DNA of 32,000 nucleotides from NCBI GenBank assembly GCA_036744795.1, contig DAIOHK010000004.1, positions 9,575 to 41,574 of the forward strand, written 5' to 3'. The notes beneath the pieces were generated by a model. That model was given only the letters and a program-made list of their open reading frames with translations. It was not told the origin of the DNA and searched no databases. Below are positions 16,870 through 25,015 of the stretch, piece after piece (within the stretch, counting starts at the first letter, position 1; each line of letters starts with the position of its first letter). The position numbers and the translations under genes were made by a program. Origin of the DNA: Bacillota bacterium. GTDB taxonomy: Bacteria; Bacillota; UBA4882; UBA10575.

Positions 16870-17755
16870 ACCAAAAATAGTTTATTATATCTTGTTTATT
16901 ATACTTGTTCTTGCTGTGCTTGTAATTATAAGAAACTTTATTTCAAAAGTCCCTTATCGAGAAAAATTGAATGCTGGTCAATTTGAAAGTAGCATGGACA
17001 AACCAGAGGTTTCTTTTGAAGAACTGGACTGGGGATCTTATAAAAATTTGTCGCAGGATTTAAAACTATGGGGAAAGAGTTTTTGCTGGAAATTAAATAA
17101 ACCTAATGCCGAGAAAATTTTACCTGAATGGAATGAAGGGAACAAGGTTGTTTTTACCGAACAGGAAAGAGAAGCTTATGAATTAGAGTTAATGGAACAC
17201 AAAGCTCTTTTAAAAGAAGCAGTAGAGCTCCGGCAAAAACAGTTTGATTTAGAATTGGAGGGTAGACTGAAACAAAAGGAGAATCAATATAGGTATGAAA
17301 GTATGAAGGCACAAGAAGCAAAAGAAAAGATGCAGACTGTAGAATTTACTGATTTTCAGAAAAAAATTGAGGAAGACTATTCATTAAAGCTTGCCAGTTT
17401 ACATTTTAAATTGGAAATACCTGATCTACCGCCTGAACAAAAATTGTTACTAACGAATGAGGTTTTACGACTAGAAAAAGAGTTGAAGACGAAAATTAAT
17501 GAAAAGGCTCGGGAATTGGAAGCAGAGTTACAAAAATTCAAAGATGAGAGAAACCGTATTACTACCGAAGAGCTTGAATCTTATTGTTTAAAGCTTAAGC
17601 AGGAAGGAAAACTCCGGTTTCAACAGGAAAAAGAGAAGCTTGAACAAGAATTATTAGAATGGAAACAAAGGAGGGAATCCGAAATGGGATTCCCTCGGGA
17701 AAGTATTATAAATATTAATAATAAGGAGGAAATTACATATGGCGACCTTAGGTGA
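16844..17755 (+). CDS. Hypothetical membrane-anchored coiled-coil protein (no family recognised)
   Basis: One N-terminal TM span (IVYYILFIILVLAVLVIIRNFI) followed by about 250 aa of E/K/Q/L heptad-like sequence. Its start (ATG 16844 or ATG 16862) overlaps the skp2 stop and its stop overlaps the lpxD start by 17 nt. Confidence 0.6.
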   Translation: MAVCRRMNKPKIVYYILFIILVLAVLVIIRNFISKVPYREKLNAGQFESSMDKPEVSFEELDWGSYKNLSQDLKLWGKSFCWKLNKPNAEKILPEWNEGNKVVFTEQEREAYELELMEHKALLKEAVELRQKQFDLELEGRLKQKENQYRYESMKAQEAKEKMQTVEFTDFQKKIEEDYSLKLASLHFKLEIPDLPPEQKLLLTNEVLRLEKELKTKINEKARELEAELQKFKDERNRITTEELESYCLKLKQEGKLRFQQEKEKLEQELLEWKQRRESEMGFPRESIININNKEEITYGDLR

Positions 17756-18764
17756 ACTTGCGGAGCTGGTAAATGGGAAAGTGGTCGGAGATAGCGAAAT
17801 AGAGATTAGTGGAGTTTCTGGGTTAGAGGATGCAAAGCTAGGAGAGATTTCTTTTGTGGCGACAACGAAAGTTCTAAATCTGGTAAAGACTAGTCAGGCT
17901 TCAGCTTTTATTTTTCCTCCCAATTTGAAGGATTTAGGATTTAAAGGTATTGAAGTAGATAATCCGCGGCTAGCTTTCGCACATATATTGTGGTATTTTA
18001 ATCCAAAACCTGTTTTGCAAGAGGGGATCCATCCTTCCGCAGTAATTGGCGAAGGGTTTAACTGTGATGCGGGTTGTCATATTAGTCCTTTGGTCTATAT
18101 CGGGGATAATGTAAAACTTGGGAAAAGGGTAAATATTCATCCGGGCGTAGTAATTGAGGATAATGTAGAGATTGGTGATGATACTGAAATTTACTCTAAT
18201 GTAGTAATTAGAGAGCGAACCATTATTGGCCGCAAAGTAGTTATTCATCCGGGGACAGTGATTGGCGGCGATGGTTTTGGTTTTGTGACGGTTAATGGAG
18301 AACATTTCAAAGTTCCCCAAGTCGGCATTGTAGTGATTGAGGATGAAGTAGAGATTGGTTCCAATGTAACTATTGATCGGGCAACTACTGGACAAACTCT
18401 GATTAAACGAGGTACTAAAATCGACAATTTAGTACAGATTGGACATAATGTGGAAGTTGGACTCAATAACATTATTGTGGCAATGTCAGGGGTAGCAGGA
18501 AGTACAAAACTGGGTGAAAGAGTAACAATGGCCGCACAATCCGGGATTACTGGTCATGTAACAATCGGGAATGATACGGTAGTGGCTGGTCGAGGAATGG
18601 TAATTAGTAGTCTTCCGCCGAATTCATTTGTTTCCGGACAGCCTGCTCGTCCTCATGGAGAGGATATGCGGATTCAAGCTGCTGCTGGTAAATTACCTGA
18701 ACTTTTAAGAACCATCCGGCAAATGGAAAAGCGTTTAGCGGAATTAGAAGGAAAGATAAAATAA
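17739..18764 (+). CDS. lpxD: UDP-3-O-acylglucosamine N-acyltransferase
   Basis: ATG start after AAGGAGG. LpxD-type N-terminus MATLGELAELVNGKVVGD...ISGV. Long run of left-handed beta-helix hexapeptide repeats. Trimerisation-helix tail. Confidence 0.9.
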   Translation: MATLGELAELVNGKVVGDSEIEISGVSGLEDAKLGEISFVATTKVLNLVKTSQASAFIFPPNLKDLGFKGIEVDNPRLAFAHILWYFNPKPVLQEGIHPSAVIGEGFNCDAGCHISPLVYIGDNVKLGKRVNIHPGVVIEDNVEIGDDTEIYSNVVIRERTIIGRKVVIHPGTVIGGDGFGFVTVNGEHFKVPQVGIVVIEDEVEIGSNVTIDRATTGQTLIKRGTKIDNLVQIGHNVEVGLNNIIVAMSGVAGSTKLGERVTMAAQSGITGHVTIGNDTVVAGRGMVISSLPPNSFVSGQPARPHGEDMRIQAAAGKLPELLRTIRQMEKRLAELEGKIK

Positions 18765-18790
18765 GTTCAAATTTGATAAAATGACGAGAC

Positions 18791-18850
18791 CCCGGGAAGG
18801 TTTTATGCGCTTGTACGTAGAAAACTCTGTTCACCCGGGTTTTTGTTTAT
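18791..18850 (+). terminator. Possible terminator after lpxD (atypical large-loop hairpin plus T-tract)
   Basis: CCCGGG (18791-18796) pairs with CCCGGG (18834-18839), with an inner TTTT/AAAA pairing, followed by TTTTTGTTTATTT. Confidence 0.35.
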
Positions 18851-18885
18851 TTAAGCTTACAACTTTCTAGAGGGGCTTAATAATA

Positions 18886-19959
18886 ATGAGGATCATAGAT
18901 CGGTATCTTTTACGTGAATATTTGACCCAATTTATTTTTTGTACGGCTGGTTTTTTAGTTCTACTTATTGGTAATTTTATATTTGAAATATCCCATTTTT
19001 TAGTAGATAAACGAGCAACATTTCAACTCATTTGTTTACTGGTTTATTATCAGATCCCTTATTTATTGATGGATGTTTTTCCTGCTGCAGTTCTGTTTGG
19101 AGTCTTTTTAAGTCTGGGGCGGTTATCCAAAGATCGGGAGATGGATGTATTACGTACTTCTGGTTTGAGTTTTCCTGGGCTTACTTACCCGATTTTGGTT
19201 ATTACTTTTTTTATGTGTATAGGGGCATTTTATTTTAATGATTATGTGGTTCCCTTAGCTAATCACCGCTATGAGCAAGAAATAAGAAAAATGATTTATA
19301 AAGATTTTATCCCTTTTATTCAAGAGAATGTATTTTTTAAGGGCCCGGATGATCGGTATTTTTATATTCGCCGGATAAATGAAGAAAAAAAGGAAGTAGA
19401 AGGGGTTTTAATATATCAAGTAAAAAGGGGGAAATTTCCCCTGATGATTGCTGCTGCTTCGGGAGAGATTCAAGAGCAATGGTGGCATTTAAGAGATGGC
19501 CGCTATTATGAACTGGATGGCGACGGTATGATTACGGCCTTCTCAAGTTTTGATGAGATGATTGAGGATGTAGGGGAGGATCTCAGTTATTTTCTTGGTG
19601 AAAGCAAAGGTACGGATGAGATGACCCGTGAGGAACTGAAGAAACATATGGTTTTTCTTCAGAAAAGTGGAGCCAGTATCGCCCCGTTTGCTGTTACATA
19701 TTATCTTAAAGTTGCCATTCCTTTTGCTGGGTTAATCCTGGCACTTCTGGGATTACCTTTTTCTACTTTAGTACCGAGAAATGGGCGGACTTGGGGTCTG
19801 GCAATTAGTCTTCTTCTTATTATGGTCTACTTTTTTACTACAGTCCTCTTTCGCGAATTGGGAACTTCAGAGGTTATTCAGCCTTTCTGGGCAGCATGGA
19901 TACCAAATCTATTCTTCCTTGTACTGGGACTAATATTGCTATTTAGAGTGATCAAGTAA
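18886..19959 (+). CDS. LPS export ABC permease, LptF/LptG (YjgP/YjgQ) family
   Basis: N-terminus MRIIDRYLLREYLTQFIF is typical of the family. Three TM spans, then a periplasmic beta-jellyroll-sized insert, then three TM spans. Confidence 0.85.
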   Translation: MRIIDRYLLREYLTQFIFCTAGFLVLLIGNFIFEISHFLVDKRATFQLICLLVYYQIPYLLMDVFPAAVLFGVFLSLGRLSKDREMDVLRTSGLSFPGLTYPILVITFFMCIGAFYFNDYVVPLANHRYEQEIRKMIYKDFIPFIQENVFFKGPDDRYFYIRRINEEKKEVEGVLIYQVKRGKFPLMIAAASGEIQEQWWHLRDGRYYELDGDGMITAFSSFDEMIEDVGEDLSYFLGESKGTDEMTREELKKHMVFLQKSGASIAPFAVTYYLKVAIPFAGLILALLGLPFSTLVPRNGRTWGLAISLLLIMVYFFTTVLFRELGTSEVIQPFWAAWIPNLFFLVLGLILLFRVIK

Positions 19960-19962
19960 AGG

Positions 19963-22185
19963 TTGGTGGCAACCGCCTTGAATAAAAAAATCTGGAAACA
20001 TGGTATTTATATACTTTTATTCTTTTTTTTCTATTCCGCTCCAATTCAGGCTGCGGAGAAAGGATTGATTATTGCTGATCAATTTGTTGGAGATTATGAA
20101 AATGAACGTTTTGTGGCCAGAGGCAATGTAACAGTTACTTACAAGGATTACGTTATTACCGGAGAGGAAATTTTTATTGATTTAACAAAAGACTTAATAA
20201 GTTCGCAACAGGCAGTTGAGGTTAAAGATCAGGAACGGACAGTTAAAGGTAAAAACTTTTATCTATATCTCCGCGATGATCAAGGTGAAATAGAAGATTA
20301 TTCCTATGTTGATCAGTCCGATACAGGCGAACCACTAATCTTTAAAGGGAAAACAGCTGAAATAAAAGGTGAGGAATTACGATGCCAGGATTCCTCCTTT
20401 ACTGGTTGTAATCTAGAAAATCCGCATTATCATTTAACAGCTGAAAAAATGGAATATTATCCGGGTGATCGGTTGGAATTTTATTGGGTTTCCTATTGGG
20501 AGGGAAAGATTAGAATTTTAATCCTCCCCAAAATAGTCTTTTCTATACGGGAAGAGGATAATGATTTTGATGAATCTACTTTTGGCTATAATTATACTGA
20601 TGGTTTTTTCTTAAAAATGGTGTACAAATATGCTTTAAGTAATAATCACCAAGGTAAACTGCTATTTGACTTAATTCAAGCTAAAGGTGTAGGGGAGGGA
20701 ATTAAACATAATATTCGGATAGGAACGGGTAAGGAATTAGAGGTGAGCCTCTATCATCTGGATAACCGTTTAACTGCGCATCATGATTATCAAATTATTT
20801 CTAACTGGCAACAGGAGATTGGTTCTCTTACCTATTCGGTAGGAGGCAATTATAATGATTTTGGATATCCGGAGTATAGGTTTAAAGGTAATATTTATTA
20901 CAAAAGTAGTAATTGGCCGATTAATGGCCGGATTGAACTGGGTAGAAGGGGTTTAAATCCGGAGCTTTATATCTACCCCTGTAATTTGAGCCTATCATGG
21001 CGGCCGAACCGTCGTAGTCAACTGAATTATAAGATTTCGTATTATTATCGACAGGATCTGGATACTTCAATGATCAAAAACCAGAAATACCAGAATGATT
21101 TAGATTTCCGGCAAACCTGGGATCTTTTTTCGCTAAAAAATTTTCAATTGCATGCTAAAGTTAAACAGGAATATAGTTATAGTGACCGCTTTCAAACCCC
21201 TTACTATCATGAACTCCCGGCAGTTACTTTCCAGACCCCAGATTTGAACCTTGGTTTTCCGGGTTATTACAGAACTAATCTTGATTTCTTGCGATTAATA
21301 GAGGTGAAGGGAGATCAGGAGAAAGAGGGTTACCGTACAGAAATATTAATCCAGCGCCGGCCATTGGGGAGAAAACTTTGGCAAGCTGGTGGATTTACCT
21401 TGGATCTTGCTAATACGTATCGGTTCCAGCATTATCAGGTAGATGAAGGAGTTTTTGATCGGCAAGCATTGATGATTGGATTAACCGGGACAGAGAAGTT
21501 TACGCCCAAGTTTTCCTGGACAAATACGGTAAGCTGGGTGGAAGCCGAAGGAGATGCCCCAGTAATAGAATTTCCTCGTTTAGTCCAAGGTTCGTACCAT
21601 TTTCTACCAGGTGGTAATATAGCTAGTCGGTTACAGTATAATTCAAAGATTTTAACAGCCAACCTTTCTAGTGGTTATAATCTTAGTGGAGTGGATAATC
21701 CATGGCACCCTCTGCAGTTTACTGCGGCTTTAAATATTAATTCTGATAATACTTTGAGATTTAATGCTTCATATAATCCTAATCTCCGGCAGTATAATTA
21801 TCTATATCTTACTGCTAAATGTAAATACCAGTCGAATAAGGATAATAATTTTTATCTGGACTTATATTATAATTTTTTAACGAAAAAATGGACGAGATTG
21901 GAAACAGAAGCTCAATTCAAACAAGAATTGACAAAAAATTTGCAAGCAGATGTGAATATAAAATATAGTTTCTTTGGTGATGGTTTGGAAAAAGCAAGGT
22001 TAGGCTTGAATTATAATTGGCACTGCCGGGATCTGTTTTTTGGCTATGATTTGATAAGAGAAGAGTATTCATTTCAATTCTCTTATAAAGTATTTAAAGA
22101 AGCCGGTTTCGGTTTTGGTACAGGACAGCAAGGATTTATCTGGACCGGAGCGGATGTTTGGGGGAATCAAGGTGGGACCTGGTAG
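19963..22185 (+). CDS. lptD: LptD/OstA-like LPS-assembly outer-membrane protein (divergent)
   Basis: Signal peptide ...FFFFYSAPIQAAEKG. N-terminal OstA-like fold (FVARGNVTVTYKDYVITGEEIFIDL). A junction segment FTGCNLENPHYHLTAEKMEYYPGDRLEFYWVSYWEGKIRILILP aligns by eye with E. coli LptD YTTC...W...A.F.V..VPIFY.PY. A large Y/W/N-rich barrel region ends in W. The start is uncertain: TTG 19963, GTG 19966, or TTG 19978 with GGTGG 8 nt upstream. Confidence 0.7.
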   Translation: MVATALNKKIWKHGIYILLFFFFYSAPIQAAEKGLIIADQFVGDYENERFVARGNVTVTYKDYVITGEEIFIDLTKDLISSQQAVEVKDQERTVKGKNFYLYLRDDQGEIEDYSYVDQSDTGEPLIFKGKTAEIKGEELRCQDSSFTGCNLENPHYHLTAEKMEYYPGDRLEFYWVSYWEGKIRILILPKIVFSIREEDNDFDESTFGYNYTDGFFLKMVYKYALSNNHQGKLLFDLIQAKGVGEGIKHNIRIGTGKELEVSLYHLDNRLTAHHDYQIISNWQQEIGSLTYSVGGNYNDFGYPEYRFKGNIYYKSSNWPINGRIELGRRGLNPELYIYPCNLSLSWRPNRRSQLNYKISYYYRQDLDTSMIKNQKYQNDLDFRQTWDLFSLKNFQLHAKVKQEYSYSDRFQTPYYHELPAVTFQTPDLNLGFPGYYRTNLDFLRLIEVKGDQEKEGYRTEILIQRRPLGRKLWQAGGFTLDLANTYRFQHYQVDEGVFDRQALMIGLTGTEKFTPKFSWTNTVSWVEAEGDAPVIEFPRLVQGSYHFLPGGNIASRLQYNSKILTANLSSGYNLSGVDNPWHPLQFTAALNINSDNTLRFNASYNPNLRQYNYLYLTAKCKYQSNKDNNFYLDLYYNFLTKKWTRLETEAQFKQELTKNLQADVNIKYSFFGDGLEKARLGLNYNWHCRDLFFGYDLIREEYSFQFSYKVFKEAGFGFGTGQQGFIWTGADVWGNQGGTW

Positions 22186-22807
22186 AGTCCGGAGAGTGTT
22201 TAAGAAAAGCCTAATCTATTTTACTATTCTATTAGTACTGGTTTTGTTCTATTTAGGTCTACATTCAGAAAGAGAGATCCCAGCTTCTTACCTTGAAAAT
22301 AAAGGGTTTCTTCTTTATAATGCCAGTTATGAAGGTTGGGATGAGGCAAAAAGATTATGGGTTGTAGAGGCGGAGCAGATTTGGCAGGCTAAGGATGGAA
22401 GAAATCTTTTTTTTCAAGGAATTAAAAAGTTCCAATTCTTTCAGGAAGATGAGCGTTCTTTTTCTTTGCATGCCAATGAGGCCAAAATGGAGTTTAAAAA
22501 GGAACTATTAACGATTTATGAAGTATCTGGTTTTATGGTGGAGGGGGAATTTACAACTAAAGAAGTTAAAATTAATACTAAAACCAAACAAGTATTATGT
22601 GAAAACAGGATCATCTTTCAGAAGGAAGGATTGAAAGTTGAAGCTGACCGGATGGAAGGAGATCTTAATGCAGAAGAATATCTCTTCTCGGGTAATCTTA
22701 AAGTGAAACAAAAAAACAATTATTCCCGGGGTAAGACTTTTCGATATTTTGCGAAAGAGGATTGTTTTGAAATTCAAGGTGAAGTGGAGGTGGAGCTGGA
22801 GTTATGA
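22172..22807 (+). CDS. lptC: LptC-like membrane-anchored LPS transport protein
   Basis: Single N-terminal TM span (SLIYFTILLVLVLFYLGL) followed by about 170 aa of OstA/LptC-like beta-jellyroll sequence. GTG at 22172 has GGGGA 6 nt upstream; ATG at 22154 is an alternative. Its end overlaps the lptA start in ATGA. Confidence 0.55.
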   Translation: MGPGRVRRVFKKSLIYFTILLVLVLFYLGLHSEREIPASYLENKGFLLYNASYEGWDEAKRLWVVEAEQIWQAKDGRNLFFQGIKKFQFFQEDERSFSLHANEAKMEFKKELLTIYEVSGFMVEGEFTTKEVKINTKTKQVLCENRIIFQKEGLKVEADRMEGDLNAEEYLFSGNLKVKQKNNYSRGKTFRYFAKEDCFEIQGEVEVELEL

Positions 22808-23508
22808 AGAAACATTTACTAACATCCGGATTTCTCCTTCTTCTAATATTCTTTTGCTCCGGTGCACTACTGGCCAAGGAAAAGGGGATCTTCAAGGGAA
22901 TCGACCGCTTTGGTGGTGATACTGATGGAAAAAGCATGTTCATGGAGGGGGAAAATCTAGAGTATTTTCAAGGAGAGACTCATATTCGTTTTGATAGGGC
23001 TGAAATCATAGAAATGGATAATGGTTCAAGGCAAGTCAGTTTTATTGGAAGGGTTCATTTACAACACGAGGATCTAGTAGTCTCCGGAGAGCAGTTTCAA
23101 TATAATACGGATAAAAAAAGTGGGACTTTTACTGAAAATGTTGTTTTGGAGAGGAAAGAAGTTTTAAATGCAGAGGGTAAAATCGAGAAAGAAGGGATCA
23201 AGCTAACCTGTGGTTCATTGTTCCTGGATACGGAAGAAAAAAGTTTTATTGCAACTGAAAAACCTTTAATTAAACACAAGGATTTTGAAGGTAATGGTGG
23301 GAAAATTAGTTATCTTGATGCCATAGAGAAACTAACTATTACGGGTGGTTTTTATATTCTCAAAGAAAAGGAAGAGATTACGGGGGAAGAGATCTCGTTT
23401 GATTTAAAAGCAAAAACTTTTGAGGCCAAACGTGGAACAGGAACTCTTGAGGTAGTCTTTGAGATTGAAGAAGAGAAAGATGACGGGAAAATTGAGCAGG
23501 AAAAATGA
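22804..23508 (+). CDS. lptA: LptA-like periplasmic LPS transport protein (OstA-like domain) with an acidic tail
   Basis: Signal peptide MKKHLLTSGFLLLLIFFCSGALLAKEKG. Repeated OstA-type beta pattern (FIGRVHLQHEDLVVSGEQFQYN...). Four-nt ATGA coupling to the lptC-like gene. Confidence 0.65.
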   Translation: MKKHLLTSGFLLLLIFFCSGALLAKEKGIFKGIDRFGGDTDGKSMFMEGENLEYFQGETHIRFDRAEIIEMDNGSRQVSFIGRVHLQHEDLVVSGEQFQYNTDKKSGTFTENVVLERKEVLNAEGKIEKEGIKLTCGSLFLDTEEKSFIATEKPLIKHKDFEGNGGKISYLDAIEKLTITGGFYILKEKEEITGEEISFDLKAKTFEAKRGTGTLEVVFEIEEEKDDGKIEQEK

Positions 23509-23605
23509 TTAATTGATTATGTGATCTCTTAAGGTTAGAGAGCCTTAGAGGAATAATAAATAATTCAATTATGCAATTCCTAAATAAAGGGAGTGAGGTT
23601 AGGGG

Positions 23606-24673
23606 ATGCAAATTAAGGATATAGTAAAGGAAGGAACCGTTACAGGAACCTTTTTAATCCTGGATAGCCAGTGGCGGATAGCAAAAAACGGTAATGCTTT
23701 TGCTGCGATCCGGATTGGTGACCGGAGTGGTGAGATCCCTTTTAAAGTTTGGAGAATATCTGAAACAACTTTTAATGAATTAAAAAAAGGACAGATCATT
23801 AAAGTTCAAGCGATTGCCAAAAACTTTAATGGTACGCTTCAACTTGAGGCTGATGGAGAAGAGGAGTTTTACCGGGTTTGTCAGGAGGGAGAGTTTGAAG
23901 CATCTTTTTTTCTTCCAGTAACAGCCATTAATATTGATGATTTGTGGAATATTATTGATAGTACAAGGCAGGAGATAAAAACTGAAGCTTATCAAGTACT
24001 CCTGGATAGTTTCTTTGGAGATGACAAATTTCGCAAGAAGTTTTCTTCTTCACCTGCAGCTATGCGCCATCACCATGCCTATCTGGGGGGGCTTTTAGAG
24101 CATACTGCCGGTGTTGTAGTTCTTTGCCGGGCAGCGGCCAGTCAATACGTTGAGGTTAACCGGGAATTATTACTCACTGGCGCACTGCTGCATGATATAG
24201 GTAAGATTCAATCCTATAAAGGGAGACTTGGCTTTGAAGGGACAGACCAGGGAAAACTTATTGGTCATTTAGTACTTGGAGTTCAGATGGTAATGGAAGC
24301 GATTTATAAGCTTCGTGACTTCAGAGGGAATGAGTTTTTCCCTTCGACAATGGAATTACCATTGGTCCATCTTATGCTTAGCCATCATGGGAGATTGGAA
24401 TGGGGTTCTCCGATGGAGCCTGTTCTTCTCGAAGCTTGCCTTCTTCATCATGCTGATCATATGGATGCCGAAGCGGCGAAGTTTAGGGAAGCCATCCGTA
24501 ACCATCCTGAGGACGGCGGGGACTGGACTGCTTATAATCCAACCTTAAAACGTTCGATTTATCTGCCGGACTTTGAATTTGTCGGTAATGAGCAACAGAC
24601 AACCGAGGAAGAAATTATACAAACTTCGTTATTTGAAAATATTTATAGTGAAGATGTTGGAAAGAATGCTTGA
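23606..24673 (+). CDS. yhaM: YhaM-like 3'-5' exoribonuclease (OB-fold plus HD domain)
   Basis: N-terminal OB-fold (NGNAFAAIRIGDRSGEIPFKVW). HD-domain motifs HHAYLGGLLEHT, LHDIGK, LSHHGRLEWGSP and HHADHMDA align with remembered B. subtilis YhaM. Confidence 0.8.
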   Translation: MQIKDIVKEGTVTGTFLILDSQWRIAKNGNAFAAIRIGDRSGEIPFKVWRISETTFNELKKGQIIKVQAIAKNFNGTLQLEADGEEEFYRVCQEGEFEASFFLPVTAINIDDLWNIIDSTRQEIKTEAYQVLLDSFFGDDKFRKKFSSSPAAMRHHHAYLGGLLEHTAGVVVLCRAAASQYVEVNRELLLTGALLHDIGKIQSYKGRLGFEGTDQGKLIGHLVLGVQMVMEAIYKLRDFRGNEFFPSTMELPLVHLMLSHHGRLEWGSPMEPVLLEACLLHHADHMDAEAAKFREAIRNHPEDGGDWTAYNPTLKRSIYLPDFEFVGNEQQTTEEEIIQTSLFENIYSEDVGKNA

Positions 24674-25015
24674 AGAGTAAGTAACCACTCACACTGGCTA
24701 CTACTACCAAGAATGCTGAATGAAGAAATCCAATTTCACTGCTGAAACAACATTCTGACCAGGCTGGGTGGAGTATCTATACGAGCGACCAGCGACGAGT
24801 TACTAGCTGCATTTTCTAAGGAGAAGTTATTCAGCTGCAAGCATGTAGAAAAGGAAGAGATTAATGGTAATTGAAAATCGAGAAGAATTAAGCAAAGATC
24901 CTGCTACTACCATAGTGACGAGTGATGAGCAACGAACCAGCAATGGTAATCACCGGCCTGAGCGACCAGCAAAGAATCAGCAATGGCAGTCTTCTACTCA
25001 AGCGACGAGTAACGG
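24660..25015. repeat. Patch of scrambled short direct repeats spanning the yhaM stop, the intergenic spacer and the first ~50 codons of mtaB
   Basis: Exact repeats read from the sequence: AAGAATGCT (24662-24670 and 24709-24717); GCTACTAC (24697-24704 and 24903-24910), followed in the first copy by a further TACCA and in the second directly by CA, so that CTACTACCA occurs at 24701-24709 and 24904-24912; GAGCGACCAGC (24783-24793 and 24960-24970); AGCGACGAGT (24791-24800 and 25001-25010). Confidence 0.5.

Noticed and set aside
17970-18472. Two long minus-strand ORFs (141 aa and 75 aa) inside lpxD
   Set aside because: They lie antisense to the hexapeptide-repeat region, whose periodic codon usage commonly keeps the opposite strand open. 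They have no RBS and no recognisable protein features.
22804-22890. LptE-like lipoprotein signal (the Cys in LLLLIFFCSGALLA of the LptA-like protein)
   Set aside because: IFFC does not fit the lipobox L-[ASTVI]-[GAS]-C. The rest of the protein is OstA/LptA-like. A signal peptidase I site after ALLA is more plausible.
24660-25015. Possible CRISPR array or mobile-element remnant, because of clustered direct repeats
   Set aside because: The repeats are 8-11 nt, irregularly spaced and interleaved, with no repeat-spacer periodicity. There are no terminal inverted repeats and no transposase or cas genes nearby. I describe the region as a scrambled short-repeat patch.
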